The notes under the pieces: model-generated
The model's input: only the letters and a program-made list of their open reading frames with translations
Databases searched by the model: none
Told to the model about the DNA's origin: nothing
Shown here: piece after piece, positions 9,426 through 21,300 of the stretch
How positions within the stretch are numbered: the first letter of the stretch is position 1
Layout: each line of letters opens with the position of its first letter
Program-made: the position numbers and the translations under genes
DNA from: Candidatus Latescibacterota bacterium
Lineage (GTDB): Bacteria; Latescibacterota; UBA2968
NCBI GenBank assembly: GCA_965222605.1
Contig: OZ244960.1
Span: 864,001-928,000, forward strand
DNA: 64,000 bases
Direction of reading: 5' to 3'

Positions 9426-10754
9426 TTAAAAAATAATGAGTTCTGGACTTTGCAACCTGGGTATTGCGGGTTTGGATGCGCCAAAGGAAAAAGCAATCGG
9501 CAAGCTAAAGCCGCGGATGGTACCCAGGGTTCTATTATTTTCGAGATCGACAATAAAGACCTGCAAATTGCCCGTTGTAGCAAAAGCGTCGAGTCTTTCG
9601 ACCCCGGCGACATACACGGTTTTACCGTCGGGTGTGAGGCCGATGCTGGCCACACTTTCACCGACAAAAATTTCGGCTGTCTGCTCCCAGGTCTGTGTAT
9701 CAATGACCACAATACCGCCCCAAAACGCAAGAACGGAATTGCCCAACGCATCAAAGCCCAAAAAGAGGCGACTGAGAGATGCGACAAGGCGCGTGCCATC
9801 GGCGGAAAGCGCGATATCGCGGATTTCAATACCCAGATCATTGGCCTGACCGAGCGAGAGGCTATCCGCAATCGCTTTGGTGCTGGTATTGACTTTGAGC
9901 ACGCGGCCCGCACGAGTGTTATTGAGATAAAGGGTTTGCCCATCGGGCGAGACAGCCAATCGACTGACGGTTTGGCCTACAGAGATGCTGTCGATCAGAG
10001 CTGGAATACCCGTATCAATAACAGACACAGCATTGGTAGCACTGCCGTGCCCAACGTAGAGGCGCGCGCCATCGGGTGAGATGGCAATACCACTGGGCGT
10101 GGGCGGAACATTGACGATATCCAGGGACTGCCCTGCAAGTACATCAAAGACTTCGACTGCCGCACCGGATTCTTCGGTCACATAAGCAAACTGGTGATTG
10201 GGTGAAAGCACAATGCGAAACCCGCCCCGACCGATGAATGGTTCGCCGGGCGCGATTGGCATTTCGAGTGAGAGTTGAAATTCGGGAGTTCCATCTTCAG
10301 TAAATGCGTGAAAGGTATCGGTAGCTGCCACATAAAGCCGCTTGTTAATATTGGAAAACGCGATACCCCGGGGAAAAGAGACGGCAAGCATTCGGCTGGG
10401 ATCGAGCAAATTGGTCGAGGTATCGATAACCTGGATACTGCCAATCAAATCGCTAATATAAAGAAAACGAGGCTCGGGTTCTGCGGGTGGAGTCGTCGGA
10501 CTTGAAGACCCGCCAAAAGCACTGACAAAAAGAAGAAAATCTGAAAAGTCGATTGTGCCATTGCCGTCGAGGTCGAGTTTTTCATTGAAATCAGCCTGTC
10601 CAGCGGACTTGCCAAAACCCTGAACAAACGTCAGAAAGTCAGTGAAATCAACGGTACCATTGCCATCAAAATCAGCCGACTTTGTTTCCTGGGCATCGAG
10701 CAATGGGGCAGCCAAAAGCAGTGTGAGGGATAACGCAATTGCGGTATATTTCAT
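9426..10754 (-). CDS. Secreted protein with an N-terminal dockerin-like double EF-hand and a YVTN/YncE beta-propeller
   Basis: Signal peptide MKYTAIALSL; DFDGNGTVDFTDFL and DLDGNGTIDFSDFL; repeats of the type GIAISPDGARLYV...VSVIDT. Confidence 0.85.
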   Translation of the reverse strand: MKYTAIALSLTLLLAAPLLDAQETKSADFDGNGTVDFTDFLTFVQGFGKSAGQADFNEKLDLDGNGTIDFSDFLLFVSAFGGSSSPTTPPAEPEPRFLYISDLIGSIQVIDTSTNLLDPSRMLAVSFPRGIAFSNINKRLYVAATDTFHAFTEDGTPEFQLSLEMPIAPGEPFIGRGGFRIVLSPNHQFAYVTEESGAAVEVFDVLAGQSLDIVNVPPTPSGIAISPDGARLYVGHGSATNAVSVIDTGIPALIDSISVGQTVSRLAVSPDGQTLYLNNTRAGRVLKVNTSTKAIADSLSLGQANDLGIEIRDIALSADGTRLVASLSRLFLGFDALGNSVLAFWGGIVVIDTQTWEQTAEIFVGESVASIGLTPDGKTVYVAGVERLDAFATTGNLQVFIVDLENNRTLGTIRGFSLPIAFSFGASKPAIPRLQSPELIIF

Positions 10755-10881
10755 AATATTTCCTTTTTTAAGAATACGTATGATACATTTGACCGTTGAG
10801 GCTGTCAATCTGATTTAATTACACTTTGGGACGCTTTCCATTCGCTTATAGTTCCAGGTTCCATATAAAATAGGAGATATT

Positions 10882-11667
10882 GTGTTACCTGATTACCCGA
10901 CGGTTTTTTGGATTTTGGCTACCATTTCTGTAATTTTTGTCGGTATAGCCAAAGCCGGATTTGGCGGGGGCGTTGGTATTTTGGCGACGCCACTTATGGC
11001 ACTCGTCATTCCCGTAGCAGATTCAGCGGCGATTTTGTTGCCACTTTTAATTGTTTGCGACGTATTTGCCATTGCACACTACCGCAAGCATTTTCATCGG
11101 CGCAGTGTAAAATTGCTCTTGCCCGGTGCTGCAATCGGGATCGGCATAGGAGCATTATTCTTTGGGTACTTCAGCACGAATGAGCGTGTGTTACAACTCG
11201 GTTTGGGGATTTTGAGTTTGTTCTTTGTAATATTCCAGGCTTTGCGCGCATTGATTACGGGCGCACTGGCAAAGCGGCAGCCACACAGTGCAGAAGGCGT
11301 TTTCATGGGCGTGGTATCGGGCTTTACGTCAACCATCGCACACGCAGGCGGTCCCCCCACAACCATCTATTTGCTTCCCCAACAATTGCCCCGCAACCTC
11401 TTTGTGGGAACGACTGTGATTCTTTTTGCCGCGATCAATCAGATGAAATTAATTCCCTACTTGGGATTGGATATTTTGCGGGCCGAACATCTCGTCGCAA
11501 TTGCGATTCTATCACCATTGAGTTATGCGGGCGTGAGATTGGGCATTTTTTTCAACAAGCGTTTTACAGACCGCTGGTTTAATCTAATAGTCTATTCAAT
11601 TCTATTTGTCGCTGGCGCACAGTTGATTCTGGGCCAAAATCTGATTCAGTTGTTAGGCATTGTGTAA
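10882..11667 (+). CDS. TauE/SafE (TSUP) family transporter
   Basis: VGIAKAGFGGGVG and GFTSTIAHAGGPP motifs; about 8 TM segments. Confidence 0.92.
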   Translation: MLPDYPTVFWILATISVIFVGIAKAGFGGGVGILATPLMALVIPVADSAAILLPLLIVCDVFAIAHYRKHFHRRSVKLLLPGAAIGIGIGALFFGYFSTNERVLQLGLGILSLFFVIFQALRALITGALAKRQPHSAEGVFMGVVSGFTSTIAHAGGPPTTIYLLPQQLPRNLFVGTTVILFAAINQMKLIPYLGLDILRAEHLVAIAILSPLSYAGVRLGIFFNKRFTDRWFNLIVYSILFVAGAQLILGQNLIQLLGIV

Positions 11668-11749
11668 ACTGTAAAATTGCCCTATTTTTTAGAAATAAAG
11701 GGCTGGGGACTGGTGTGATCCTTTCACGTTTCACCTCTGGAGGTTAGCC

Positions 11750-12379
11750 ATGGCATCGCGCATCTGCTTTATACTGACCTGTCTCATCGTTTTTGCCGGA
11801 TGTTATACGCAGCTTCGGGCACCGCGCGTTCAGCAAAAACAACGCGCTGAATCCCCTGTCTCGCCTTCTGAGAGTTCTGTACAGCGGTTTGAATATTACT
11901 ATCACAATTATTGCAATCCATCTGAGTGGCGACCTCTGCGATTTTATGGTTCGTACAATCCATATCGCCCGTACAGTTCATATCGGCGATATCCCGTGTG
12001 GAATCGGCACCGTCTCATTTGGAAATATTCGTGTTGGGCAACGGTGTACGACCCCTGGTGGCGTGGATGGTCGCCGAGGATTTTGGTGCCTCATATTGTG
12101 TATGCCCCGGCAGTAAGACCTCGGATCGAAACGGATTGGAATGAAAAGCCCAATCTGCGCCCCCCCATCAGGCACACGGGCGTACGTGGCACACCCGCCT
12201 CAGCCAGCACAATTCGGAGTGGCAGCACCAAAACAGAGAGCACCCCCACAACACAGCAGACGGGAAACTCGCGCAGCACCAAAACACAATCATCAGAAAA
12301 ATCTGAAAAAAAAGAAGAAAAATCTGAAAAGCGCGAAGAAAAACGCTCAACACAGCGTCGCAGAGGGGAAATGAGATAA
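11750..12379 (+). CDS. Hypothetical lipoprotein with a Tyr/Trp/Pro-rich middle and a charged low-complexity tail
   Basis: Lipobox FAGC; stop overlaps the start of the next gene. Confidence 0.7.
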   Translation: MASRICFILTCLIVFAGCYTQLRAPRVQQKQRAESPVSPSESSVQRFEYYYHNYCNPSEWRPLRFYGSYNPYRPYSSYRRYPVWNRHRLIWKYSCWATVYDPWWRGWSPRILVPHIVYAPAVRPRIETDWNEKPNLRPPIRHTGVRGTPASASTIRSGSTKTESTPTTQQTGNSRSTKTQSSEKSEKKEEKSEKREEKRSTQRRRGEMR

Positions 12380-13653
12380 TGCTAAACCATCTCTATATCT
12401 CGACATTTGTGCTTTGCGCCTTCGCCGCGTCTATCCATGCGCAAGAAGTCGTTCTCGATGGATTTTCCGGCATAGGTGCCCGCGCCATGGGCATGGGAGG
12501 TGCTTATATTTCCGTATCCGATGATTTTTCTGGCCTGTTCTGGAACCCCGCGGGATTGGCGCGAGCCGAGCGCGGAACCGTAAACTGGGGTGTTTCACAC
12601 GACCGCTTTCGCAACATATCACAATTTTTTGACCGCTCTTCTACTCTCGAATTGCGCAGTACGCGGATTGCATCCCTGGGCTTTGTTTATCCCGTCCCCG
12701 TATATCGCGGAAGTCTGGTCTTTGCCGCGGGCTTTGGGCGCAACCGAAATTTTGACGGGGGATTACAGATCAATGCCTATGATACCATCGCCAATTTTGA
12801 TAAAGCGGGATTTTCAGAAGACAAAGGTGCTCTCGGTGCGTGGACATTGGGGGCTGCAATTGATCTGATGCCGCGTTTGTCGGTGGGGATCTCATTGTTT
12901 CGCTGGGGAGGAACCAATCGTTTTTTGCAGGAATTGACCCTTGAAGATGTGCAGCGAGTACACGCCGACACCGTCCGCATTTTCCAGCGTTTTGAATCTG
13001 AGGAAAGCTATTCCGCATGGGGTGTGCAAGGCGGTATTCGGTATTGGCATCCCACGGGTTTTCAATTTGGCCTTGTGGCAGCAGCGACCACGCCCTTGCG
13101 CGTATCGGCTGAGCTGGCAGATGAATTTGAAGATGAGTTTGAAGACCGCACAGATACCTATCCACGCGAATCTTTTTCGGACGCATATGAAATTCGTCAA
13201 CCCCTGACTTTTGGGATGGGAATTGGATGGTCGTCGGGCGGATTGACGGTGAGCGGCGACGTGCATTACGGCGATTTGCAAGAAGTGACTTACGAGATTT
13301 CGCCACTAAATATTGCACCCAATGTCGATGATTTCCGGCGGCAATATCGCAGCGCAGCGCGATTGCATTTGGGATGTGAATATGCCATTTCGCGTTGGGG
13401 TATCGCGTTTAGAGGCGGATACTACCGCGACCCGGTTCGCTATGTGGGAGGCGGCAGTGTCCCAGAAATTCAAATTGAGACAGACCGCGATGCGTGGACA
13501 CTCGGTTTTGGCGCCGAATTGGAAAAGGCTGTAACCCTGGATTTTGCCGCTGTTATTGGCGGCTACAAAGCTATCGAAGGCAATCGCGCAGATCGCGTGC
13601 GTGCAGTGCGGGTGCTCGCGTCGGCGCGTTTTTATTTTCTCTCGGGACTTTAG
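12379..13653 (+). CDS. OmpP1/FadL-family outer-membrane beta-barrel
   Basis: GARAMGMGGAYISVSDDFSGLFWNPAGLA hatch motif and amphipathic beta strands. Confidence 0.85.
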   Translation: MLNHLYISTFVLCAFAASIHAQEVVLDGFSGIGARAMGMGGAYISVSDDFSGLFWNPAGLARAERGTVNWGVSHDRFRNISQFFDRSSTLELRSTRIASLGFVYPVPVYRGSLVFAAGFGRNRNFDGGLQINAYDTIANFDKAGFSEDKGALGAWTLGAAIDLMPRLSVGISLFRWGGTNRFLQELTLEDVQRVHADTVRIFQRFESEESYSAWGVQGGIRYWHPTGFQFGLVAAATTPLRVSAELADEFEDEFEDRTDTYPRESFSDAYEIRQPLTFGMGIGWSSGGLTVSGDVHYGDLQEVTYEISPLNIAPNVDDFRRQYRSAARLHLGCEYAISRWGIAFRGGYYRDPVRYVGGGSVPEIQIETDRDAWTLGFGAELEKAVTLDFAAVIGGYKAIEGNRADRVRAVRVLASARFYFLSGL

Positions 13654-13678
13654 GATAAAATACAAAGGAGTTATCCGA

Positions 13679-14473
13679 ATGGGCCAGTATATTTCTAAAG
13701 CACAGTGGGCAACATTTGAAATGCAGGGATATCTTCACCTGGGCAATGTGATGGACGATGGGGAACTGGAGGCATTACAGCGGCGTATAGACGAAATCAT
13801 GCTGGGCACGGCGTCCATCGACTATGACCACGTGATGATGCAACTGGATTCCGACCCCGAGCACGGTGGAAAACCCGGCCCACAGAGCAAAGGGCATAAA
13901 TACGTAACCCTGGGGTATCGCAAAATTCAAAATTTGGAATTGGATTCCCACTTTCTCTCATTTTTGCAAAAACCGCAGTTTCGAGAAATCTGCGAACACA
14001 TCTATGAGAAAAATACGCCCATAGATTGTTTTCGGGCAATGTTTATGAACAAACCCGCGCACGATGGCACCCCGCTGGTGTGGCATCAGGACCGCTGGAC
14101 CGATCTAACCCTCGATCCCCAAATCACAATATGGACGGCTCTGGATCCCACATCAGTTGAGAACGGCTGTGTGAAAATTATTCCCAGATCGCATCGCCAG
14201 TTGATCAATCCCGAACACGGATCTGGATTTTTAACCGAAGAGCACATCGAGACTATTGTATCCCAATACGAGCCGATTGATTTGATATTAGAAGCCGGCG
14301 ACTCGGTTTTGCTCCACAACTGGATGCTGCACAGTTCGGATGTGAATACCACAGATATTGCGCGACGCGCATTCAGCGTGTGTTATATGCACGGTGATAC
14401 GCGCTCATTGCGCGGCAGCTCCTTCACCCGTGTCTTCGGCAAAGGCGCAGTGGTTCCCAAAGCCGTCGCGTAA
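13679..14473 (+). CDS. Phytanoyl-CoA dioxygenase (PhyH) family
   Basis: WHQD (HxD), ENGCVKIIPRSH, LHSS and RRAF; AAGGAG before ATG 13679. Confidence 0.92.
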   Translation: MGQYISKAQWATFEMQGYLHLGNVMDDGELEALQRRIDEIMLGTASIDYDHVMMQLDSDPEHGGKPGPQSKGHKYVTLGYRKIQNLELDSHFLSFLQKPQFREICEHIYEKNTPIDCFRAMFMNKPAHDGTPLVWHQDRWTDLTLDPQITIWTALDPTSVENGCVKIIPRSHRQLINPEHGSGFLTEEHIETIVSQYEPIDLILEAGDSVLLHNWMLHSSDVNTTDIARRAFSVCYMHGDTRSLRGSSFTRVFGKGAVVPKAVA

Positions 14474-14556
14474 TCCTGTATGTCAGACCCCATCGTTACA
14501 TGATCAATTCTGTGCGAAAATGGACAAGGCTCAAACTCGTAGATTAGGAGATCGTT

Positions 14557-15738
14557 ATGTACCGTATAGGACAGCCCGAAGTCAAGCGCGTGGAAAAACT
14601 CTTGGAAAGCGGTGAAATTTTTCGCTATGGCAAAGCCGGCGAATGCGATCAGTTTGAAGCAGATTGGGGAAAGCGATTGGGCGGTGTGCAGGCGCGGATG
14701 ACCACAAGCGGCACGGCATCGCTTTATTGCGCCCTCATTGGCCTGAAAGTGGGACCGGGCGATTCGGTCATTGTGCCATCGTGTACCTATATGGCGACCG
14801 CACTCGCCGTTGTTGCCGCAGGTGCCATGCCCATTATTGCCGAAGTAGATGAATCAATCACCCTCTCGCCCGAAGATGTCGAGCGAAAAATTGCCCCGCA
14901 CACAAAAGCCATCATTCCCGTGCATATGTGGGGATTGCCCTGTAATATGGACGCGTTGATGGACATTGCAGAAAAACGCGGGGTAAAAGTATTAGAAGAT
15001 GCGTGCCAGGCCGTGGGCGGTGGATACAAAGGGCGCGAACTCGGCTCCATCGGGCATGCCGGGGCATTCAGCTTTAACTATTTCAAAAATATGACCAGCG
15101 GCGAAGGCGGCGCGTTTGTCTCTGCCGATGAATCTGTGTTTCGTCGCGGATCAGTGGCCGCAGATTGCTGTTCTTATTACTGGAATCCCGACGAGCACCG
15201 TCCAGATGAACAATTTGCCGGATTGAATTTCAGAGCCACGGAAATCTCAGGCACCATTCTCAACGCACAACTCGAGCGCATAGACGAAATGCTGGATCGC
15301 ATGCGCGGCCACAAACGAACCCTGACAAAAGTGGGCGAAGACGCGGGCTTGACATCTATTACAAATAACTGTCTGGATTGCGAATGCGGCACCCATGTCG
15401 GCTTTATCTTTGATTCTGAAAAAAATGCACGCGCCTTTGCCGGGCAGATAAAGGAATCGACAGGACGCGCTTTTTTGCCCATCGATACCGGGCGACACGT
15501 TTACACGCGATGGGATCCCATTATGCGGAAGCAGGGCGCACACCATCCCGCGCTTGATCCGTTTCAGTTACCACAAAACAAAGCATTGAATATCGAATAC
15601 TCAATGGATATGTGCCCCAAATCGCTGGATATCTTGAGCCGCGCAGTACTCATTGGCATGCACCCGGACAACGACAAAGAAAAGATCGATGAACTTGCAG
15701 ACGCTATTCGGGCATCTGCACAGGTCGTTAAACAATAA
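14557..15738 (+). CDS. DegT/DnrJ/EryC1/StrS PLP aminotransferase
   Basis: TSGTASL, IIPVHMWG, EDACQA and SFNYFKNMTSGEGG. Confidence 0.93.
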   Translation: MYRIGQPEVKRVEKLLESGEIFRYGKAGECDQFEADWGKRLGGVQARMTTSGTASLYCALIGLKVGPGDSVIVPSCTYMATALAVVAAGAMPIIAEVDESITLSPEDVERKIAPHTKAIIPVHMWGLPCNMDALMDIAEKRGVKVLEDACQAVGGGYKGRELGSIGHAGAFSFNYFKNMTSGEGGAFVSADESVFRRGSVAADCCSYYWNPDEHRPDEQFAGLNFRATEISGTILNAQLERIDEMLDRMRGHKRTLTKVGEDAGLTSITNNCLDCECGTHVGFIFDSEKNARAFAGQIKESTGRAFLPIDTGRHVYTRWDPIMRKQGAHHPALDPFQLPQNKALNIEYSMDMCPKSLDILSRAVLIGMHPDNDKEKIDELADAIRASAQVVKQ

Positions 15739-15755
15739 AAAAAGGAGCTTTTGGC

Positions 15756-16379
15756 ATGAAAATGCAATGGATATTGATTTTAATTTTGACCCTTAGCAAC
15801 AGTGTATTGGCTGCGCCGAGTAAACCCGCACCTCGCAAACCCAAGGAAGGCCAAAACGAAGCCGCTATCCGCCACCATAAAGAAGGCTTGCGCCACCGGG
15901 ATGCAGCCTGGGTTTACGAAGAAAAAATGTCGGGCACAGAAGGCGAAGAACGAGAATCGTACGCGCGTTTTATTCAGGACCTGTACAATCGCGCACTGGG
16001 AGAATTTGCGAAAGCGACCGAGCAGGACTCAACCTATTATCAGGCATTTAGCAGTTTGGGATATGTCAAGCGCAAGACCGGGGATATGGACGGAGCAATG
16101 GCGGCGTACAATCGCGCTTTGACATTAAATCCAAACTACGCAGAAGCCATTGAATATCGCGCAGAAGCGTATTTGATCCTGGGACAGGTGGAAGAAATGA
16201 AAAAAGCTTATGGCGTATTGGCCGCACTGAATCGCCCTCACGCAGCGCGATTATTGACCTTTGTAACACAATGGACAGATGGCGCAACTGATGCAGATAT
16301 GGCGACCTCTTTGCGCGCGTGGGCGTCTGAACAAAAAGAAAAACTCGGCGAAGTAAAAACATTTGTTGAGAAGTGGTGA
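15756..16379 (+). CDS. Secreted TPR protein
   Basis: Signal peptide plus TPR units (AFSSLGYV...AYNRALTLNPNYAEA). Confidence 0.85.
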   Translation: MKMQWILILILTLSNSVLAAPSKPAPRKPKEGQNEAAIRHHKEGLRHRDAAWVYEEKMSGTEGEERESYARFIQDLYNRALGEFAKATEQDSTYYQAFSSLGYVKRKTGDMDGAMAAYNRALTLNPNYAEAIEYRAEAYLILGQVEEMKKAYGVLAALNRPHAARLLTFVTQWTDGATDADMATSLRAWASEQKEKLGEVKTFVEKW

Positions 16380-16395
16380 TACGCCATCGTATTGT

Positions 16396-17103
16396 CTAAT
16401 AAAAAAAACTGGTAATCAAACCAATAAAACCACCAAAAACCCCGCCCCAAACAACCAGCCAGCCCAAATGTTTGTGAATCATATCCTGGACAATGGTCTT
16501 AACCATTTCGGGCGTCAACTCATTTAGACGCTGCATAACAATAGTATCAACCCTGTCAATCATTTCGTCCGTATGACTCGCGGTATTCAGCCCTCTCTGG
16601 ATAGCATCGAGAAATTTGGGTGAGGAGAGCAAGAGGCGAATTTCTATCTGAATTTTTTTAACAAAGGGATCTCTGAGAGGCTGCAATGCCGTTGCACCGC
16701 CGATCATATTGATCACGCTGCCAAAAGGAGAGGTCATAACAGCCTCCATCAGACGGCTGAAAATGCGGTCGCAGTCAACGGCCTCAATAACGGGATCGGC
16801 ATCGAATTTATCTGGAATTTTTTGCTCGGCGATAAATTTTTTAACATTTTCAGCGGTGAAAAACTGGTTCATAATCAAAGCGTGGATACCCGTCTTAAAT
16901 TCTTCAAACCGACTCGGCACAACACCCGAACCGTAGAGTCCCGGCACTTTCTCAAAAAGCATGTGAACCGCCAACCAGTTGGTCAGGGCACCCGAAGTTG
17001 CAAAAAGCCCAACCGCGAGCAAATGATCGGAATAAACAGGACTGACATAACCTGCTCCGATCACGCCGACCGCGAGCAGATTTGTCACAAGACTTTTATT
17101 CAT
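16396..17103 (-). CDS. DUF445-family membrane protein
   Basis: SGALTNWLAVHMLFEKVPGLYGSGV and HLGWLVVWGGVFGG; start MNKSLVTNL. Confidence 0.88.
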   Translation of the reverse strand: MNKSLVTNLLAVGVIGAGYVSPVYSDHLLAVGLFATSGALTNWLAVHMLFEKVPGLYGSGVVPSRFEEFKTGIHALIMNQFFTAENVKKFIAEQKIPDKFDADPVIEAVDCDRIFSRLMEAVMTSPFGSVINMIGGATALQPLRDPFVKKIQIEIRLLLSSPKFLDAIQRGLNTASHTDEMIDRVDTIVMQRLNELTPEMVKTIVQDMIHKHLGWLVVWGGVFGGFIGLITSFFY

Positions 17104-17134
17104 ACTGAAGTCCTTAAAGGGGCGACAAAAAATA

Positions 17135-18211
17135 TCAAGCGTGGAGATAAAAGAACAAAGTGGCAATCAGATTGTCAAAAACGCTCAGACGGCAGACCTC
17201 ATAACCGTGAGAATTCTCTCGCGGATACCCAATAGTTGCAGCCCGAGGCACGTGACCCGTCTGAAGAACGCCCGAGGCATCGGACGCCGCGCGATCGTAC
17301 ACGGCGTATTGCAACTGTGTACCCGCGCGTTGAGCCGCTGCTGCGAGATCGGCAATCAGAGCCTGATCGAAATGCATCTGGCTATCTCTTGACCAGATAG
17401 CTGGGCGACCATCGAGTTGAAGTTGTTGATTTCGCGGCATCGGGGAAGAATCAACCGCGATAAAAATTTCGACCGGATTTCGCGCAGTCCAACCGCGTGC
17501 CCCAATCAATCCAGTTTCTTCCTGAACGAGAAAACACAAACAGGTAGTGCGATTGGGGCGTGTCTTTTCTTCCGCAATGCGCTGAAGCAGGCGCAACAGC
17601 GTGAGACTCCCGCCCCGGTTGTCAAATAACCACGCGGAAACGAGCGGATCTTCGGGTGGCCCCAAAAAATGGGGACCACGCACATCGGCCACTGGTACAG
17701 CAGTCGATCCAACGCGCACACCTGCGCGGGCGAGTTGATCGGGTGTCAGACCAGTAAGCAAATGACAGTAGGGCCAGGTAACACCGCTTTGCCCCGTTGC
17801 AAATTGTGTGTTGGGATCCGATGGATCAGTAGTATGCGTAGAACCAAAACAGAGATGTGCCGCAACTGTTTCCGCACCATCTGAAAGGATTTCAACAGGA
17901 CATTCGCCGAGTTTCCAGGGATGCAACCCACCACTCGGGCGCACCTGCAAGGTACCATCGGCATTGATGGCGGTAATCACCATGGCGAGTTCGTCCATAT
18001 GACTGGCAAGCGCGATACGCCCCAGATCGGGATTTTGCCCGGGCACTTCCACCCAAACATTGCCCTGCTGGTCTTGTTCGGGCGTATGCCCCAAATCGGC
18101 AATGAGATCCATAATAAACCGGGCCATAAGTTCTTCGCGGCCCGATGGCGCAGGAACGCGCAAAAGGTCTGATAGCAGACGTACATTGGGATCATCTTGA
18201 GGATAAGACAT
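17135..18211 (-). CDS. M42-family metallopeptidase/hydrolase
   Basis: APSGREE, SHMDE, FDNRGG, VQEETGLIGA, AVDS and NSHGYE metal-ligand motifs. Confidence 0.9.
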   Translation of the reverse strand: MSYPQDDPNVRLLSDLLRVPAPSGREELMARFIMDLIADLGHTPEQDQQGNVWVEVPGQNPDLGRIALASHMDELAMVITAINADGTLQVRPSGGLHPWKLGECPVEILSDGAETVAAHLCFGSTHTTDPSDPNTQFATGQSGVTWPYCHLLTGLTPDQLARAGVRVGSTAVPVADVRGPHFLGPPEDPLVSAWLFDNRGGSLTLLRLLQRIAEEKTRPNRTTCLCFLVQEETGLIGARGWTARNPVEIFIAVDSSPMPRNQQLQLDGRPAIWSRDSQMHFDQALIADLAAAAQRAGTQLQYAVYDRAASDASGVLQTGHVPRAATIGYPRENSHGYEVCRLSVFDNLIATLFFYLHA

Positions 18212-18367
18212 AAAGCGTCACCTTTTCGTTTCATGATTATTATCGACCACTAAGAATACGCTGGCGCGTGTGATTTATCAAGCTATTTCAAAATTCATGA
18301 AGCCCTTTTGGCGATTTGCCCGTCCAATGAAATAATTTGACTTAAATTTTAACCTTGTGAGAAACCT

Positions 18368-21300
18368 ATGGACCGCCAGTCTGCCCTGTTGCCACGCATC
18401 TCAGTAAATCGCCCCGTCACGGTTGCGATGTGCCTCGTCGCGTTGCTCCTGGTGGGTATTGTGGCCTATTTTCGCGTGCCGGTGAAATTTTTTCCCTCGG
18501 GATTTACACCGGCTTTTTTGTATGTGGATATTGAATACAATCACCGCAACGCCTCGCCCCAGGAAGCCGAACAACAAATCGCCCGCCCCCTGGAAGAGCA
18601 GTTGCGCGCAGTAAAGGGCATAAAGAAAATTCGCACGTACAGCGCGTCTTATGGCGTGGATGCGCCCATTGAGTTTCAGCCCGATACAGATATGGTCCTG
18701 GCTTATAATCAGGTCGTTGACCGCCTCGAGCGTCTCAAATTAGAATTGCCCGAGGAAGTGCGCGATCAAGTCTATATATATAAGTTTAATGCAGATAGCT
18801 GGTCCATTATGTGGGCGGGCGTTTCTCTGGATACGTCCATTGTAGATCCATATCAGTTCTTAAACCTGCATGTAAAACGGCGTTTAGAACGGATCGAAGG
18901 CGTGGGCAGAGTTGGCTTTTGGGGTGTGGATGAAAAAGAAGTCATGATTGAACTCAGCCACGAGCGATTGATGACCCGAGGAGTAGATCTGGGAACGGTG
19001 GTACAATCGCTGAGATCGGACAACTTCGCGCTTTCGGTCGGGCATGTACGCGAAGGCGGCAAGCGGTTTTTCGTGCGATCACTCGCCAAATATCAAAGTG
19101 TAGATGAGATCAAAAATATTCTCATCCGTACGCCCCAGGGCGAAGTGCGCCTTGGAGATGTATCAGACGTGGTTTACGATGTGCCCGCGCGCTCCTGGTA
19201 TCAGCGCATTGATGGGCGAGAAGCCGTATCGATCGCGATTTATCAAGAATCGGGCGCCAATATTGTAGAGGTATGCGAGCGCGTGGTAGCGGCTTTGCAG
19301 GAGATTGAAAACGATCCGATAGTGGGAGGGCAGATCGTGTTCAATGTGTTTTTTAATCAGGGCGAATACATCAATGATTCGATTCAAAATTTGGAAACCA
19401 CAGGGCTTTGGGGTGGGCTATTTGCCGCGATGGTCTTGCTATTCTTTTTGAAAACATTGCGCATGACGGCGATTATCACCCTATCTATCCCCCTGTGTGT
19501 GATGATCACAATTACGGCACTTTATTTTCTCGGGTGGTCTCTCAATGTACTGACCATGATGGGATTGATGGTGGGCGTGGGGATGGTGGTCGATAATGCT
19601 ATTGTGATCCTGGAAAATATCTATCGCATGCGCGGCAAAGGACTGCCCGCCAAAGAAGCGGCCATCGCAGGTGCCGGCGAAGTCGGGTTGGCGATCACCA
19701 TGGCAACGTTGACAACCGTTGTCGTGTTTTTGCCGCTAATGCTGATGAGTGGCAATGTAGAACTGACCTTTTTTTTAGCGCGCATTGGTGTGCCGGTTGT
19801 GGTCGCGCTTGTTGGATCGCTATTTGTCGCCCTCATTTTTATTCCGCAGGCAGCATTGCGCTTTGGAGGTTCCCAGGTCAAATCCGATCCCACAATTATT
19901 CAACACGCGCGCCATTATTACACGCGCATGCTAAACTGGACACTCGCACACCGGCGCGATGCTTTTCTGATCGCCCTCGTCCTGCTCGGAAGCATCAGCT
20001 ATCCAATGAACGAACTCAAGCGCGGCGATTCAGATGGCAGCATGCTCAATGATTTTCGCATCGGTTTTCGTTTTCCAAAGGATTTTAGCATTCAGGATGT
20101 CAGCGACACACTCGTGGAAGTCGAGGATTTTTTGGAGACCCGCCGCGAGAAATACGGAATTGAGACCATGCGCGTGTGGTTTAGGTCCACGTATGGATCC
20201 ATTCACGTCTTTCTAAAAAAGACCGATGAGGCGTGGTGGCAGACAACCTATAAATCCGTACGCGCATTGATCGGTATTCCTGTACAACAGCATCTGTCGC
20301 GCAACGCCGTCATTGAAGACATGAAAAAGCACGCGCCCCAATTTGTAGGCGTCAAAGTGGCTGTACAGGGGCAAGGCAGGAGCGGTAGCGATAGCGGCGA
20401 TTCCTCCGTATCACTGGTTCTCTATGGAGATAACGTCGATGTCCTGGCAGATTTGGTGCAAGAGGTTGACCGACGGCTAAAAGAAATCCCATCGGTCATA
20501 AGCGTAGATTCCGATCTGGAACGCGCCAATGATGAGGTGCAAGTCATTATCGACCGGGAACGCGCACAAAAATTGGGACTCGTAGCTCGAGACGTGGGAC
20601 GCAGTATTGGTTTCGCGCTTCAAGGCGTACAATTGCCCTATCTCCAGTCTGACAACCACGAAATCAGGGTGCGATTGTATTTGGAAAAATTGAATCAGCA
20701 AACACTGCAACGCCTGAAGCGTTTGACTTTCCCGTCTGAGACGGGCACACAGGTTTCATTGCTGGATTTTGCCGTATTGCGCGTAGATCAAGGGCGCGGC
20801 ACCATCAGGCGCGAAGATGGCAAAACGCGGTTGCGGGTACAGGCTTTTACGACCGAAGAAGATGTAAAAGAACTTTATGTAGAAATTGACCGCGCAATGG
20901 AAGGATTTGAGTTGCCGCGCGGTTATACCTGGGACAAGGGTGAAAGATATTCCAAACTGCGTGAAGAAGATTATACCATGTATTTCGCCGCGATTATGGC
21001 CGTGACCTGCGTATTCCTTTTAATGGGCGTTTTGTTCGAGTCTTTTGTCCTGCCGTTTTCTGTATTGTTTTCCATCCCCTTTGCCTTTCTGGGAGTTTAT
21101 TGGACGCTGTTTGCGACCCAAACGTCTATGGATGGGTTGGCTATGGTGGGTATCATTGTGCTCATCGGTGTGGTCGTCAACAACGCGATTGTACTGGTCG
21201 ATATGGTGAATCGCATGCGCGCAGAGGGCATGCATCGAACCGCTGCAATCATGGAGGCCGGTGCAAATCGCTTCCGCCCTATTATGATGACGACATTTAC

